This document shows positions 62,614 through 64,000 of a stretch of DNA of 64,000 bases, piece by piece. The stretch covers positions 50,021,839 to 50,085,838 of the forward strand of contig NC_068982.1 of NCBI RefSeq assembly GCF_001194135.2, written 5' to 3'. The notes beneath the pieces were generated by a model, which was not told the origin of the DNA, did not search any database, and saw only the letters and a program-made list of their open reading frames with translations. A program made the translations under genes and the position numbers. Origin of the DNA: Octopus bimaculoides (lineage: Eukaryota). Each line of letters opens with the position of its first letter. Within the stretch, counting starts at the first letter, position 1.

Positions 62614-63629
62614 GTCAGAATTTGCATCATATGAAATGACTATGAACCTTAACCAATATGTTAAAAAAAAGCGCAAATATGATTATGAACAGTACACTTC
62701 AAGTTCTGAGGAAGAGGATCTGGAAGAACCTAAAAGATTGTCTGAAATAAATCAGGCTAAGAAAATCCGGTGTGCTGATTCCAACCATAAATCTGAAGAA
62801 AATGATGCAGACGTCAAGCTCACATTGAAAGAGGACAGGATATTAGAGGCCAAACTGCCTAACTCGAGTGCCAGTACTAATCAAAATAAATCTGCTTGTA
62901 AAAACTCTTTAAGGAATTCTGAGACTGGAGTATGTTCTGAGAAGACTGTACAGCAAACCAACTTAACTGATCTTATAAATACTTCAGGAAATAATGATAT
63001 TGAAATGAAGTGTAATAAAAAAGACAAGCTTGATGTAAATTGTGAAAATGGAAAAGTTGCCCAGAATATCGAGTCACTAACAATTGAAAATAAAAGCAAT
63101 GTGATCAAAATAAAAGAATGCATGGATGTGAAAGATTTGCCTCTTGCGGAAAATTGTCCACAGAGGAATTTGTACGCGGGAAGTGTTGATGACCTAAATG
63201 ATTGTGATTCTACAGGTACGAATATAAGCCACTGTAGTTGGGATTTTAATGAATATAATATACCTAACATTGGTGGCCAGCTGTTGGTGCATCTGACACC
63301 ACCAAATGATGACATAGTAACCGCACTTTTAGGAGAACCTTTACAATTAAGAGAGTATATTTTTAATGTCCAAGAATATCGAGAGACTGTAATGTGTCAG
63401 CATAAATATTTCCGCACTACACAGAACTGTTTATTCAGAAATGAACCTTTGAAATATTCTTTTCAGAAGCCAACTGGCAAATCTAAAACTGATGCTAAAA
63501 ATTGGTCAGAATATAAAGCAATAATGGAAAAAGAGAAGGTACAAAAACAAAATACATATTCATCTCTCAGGTTCCTTTGGGAAGATGATGTCAAACCATT
63601 ATTATCTCCTGAAGATAACTTGTCTACAG
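62614..63629 (+). CDS. TSEN54: Sen54 coding exon 6 (large, 1016 nt; SEFASYEMTMNL...LRFLWEDDVKPLLSPEDNLST); gene continues beyond the window
   Basis: Lies within track ORF 62600..63637. Acceptor TTGTTTGTTTCTAG at 62613, donor ACAG|GTCAGT at 63629/30. The ends resemble human S.YE..LNL and LW..EV.PL..P; the middle is low-complexity. Confidence 0.88.
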
Positions 63630-64000
63630 GTCAGTAATGTTTTTCTTCCCTCATTTTTGTATTGTGTTCAATTAGTAGTTTCATCTTTCAACAGATGGTA
63701 GCTTGGACAAGTGTCTTCTGGTTACTACATCTTCCTTGTGACTAATAACTTGTGTGTATGTGTGTATGTATACCCCAACACACTCCTACTCTACCTTCCC
63801 ACTCCACCCCATCCAATTCCTTACACCCACCACCCACCCCTACCCACATACCCCTACCTCTACCCCACCCTCAGCCTAACCCACACTCCACCCATGCCTT
63901 CCCCACCTCCCAACACCATCACATCACACCAATACCCTCGCATCACACCACGCACACACTGCAACTGACCAACTCCTTTCTCCCTTCCCCATTTTCATAC

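Noticed and set aside
62881-63315. 144-aa minus-strand ORF
   Set aside because: Antisense shadow of TSEN54 exon 6.
1-64000. CRISPR arrays, rRNA genes, operons
   Set aside because: None seen; the DNA is eukaryotic and the short repeats are microsatellites or TE modules.

Overview
AT-rich, microsatellite- and repeat-dense animal genomic DNA with several N gaps. The SINE and LINE content points to an octopus (cephalopod) genome; this is inferred from repeat families, not from a search. One protein-coding gene is supported: TSEN54 (non-catalytic subunit of the tRNA-splicing endonuclease) on the + strand. Its six coding exons (36388-36446, 43823-43987, 45689-45752, 47163-47246, 56102-56250, 62614-63629) have canonical GT-AG sites, splice in frame to about 512 codons, and the gene continues past the window end. 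Most other ORFs in the track are repeat or microsatellite artefacts. Mobile elements include three abundant tRNA-head SINE families, RTE and CR1-like LINE fragments, decayed Tc1, mariner and pogo/Tigger transposons, hAT MITEs with 8-bp TSDs, TTAA piggyBac-like MITEs and Helentron-like ends. Most notable observations: (1) a minimal type-I hammerhead-ribozyme motif on the minus strand (19082-19155) inside about 370 nt of densely packed hairpins, resembling a retrozyme or Penelope-like pLTR RNA; (2) two nested Merlin-like MITEs carrying telomere-type (TAACCC)n repeats in TSEN54 intron 1; (3) a 132-bp spacerless near-perfect palindrome in intron 5. All structures were read by eye; no folding or database searches were run.
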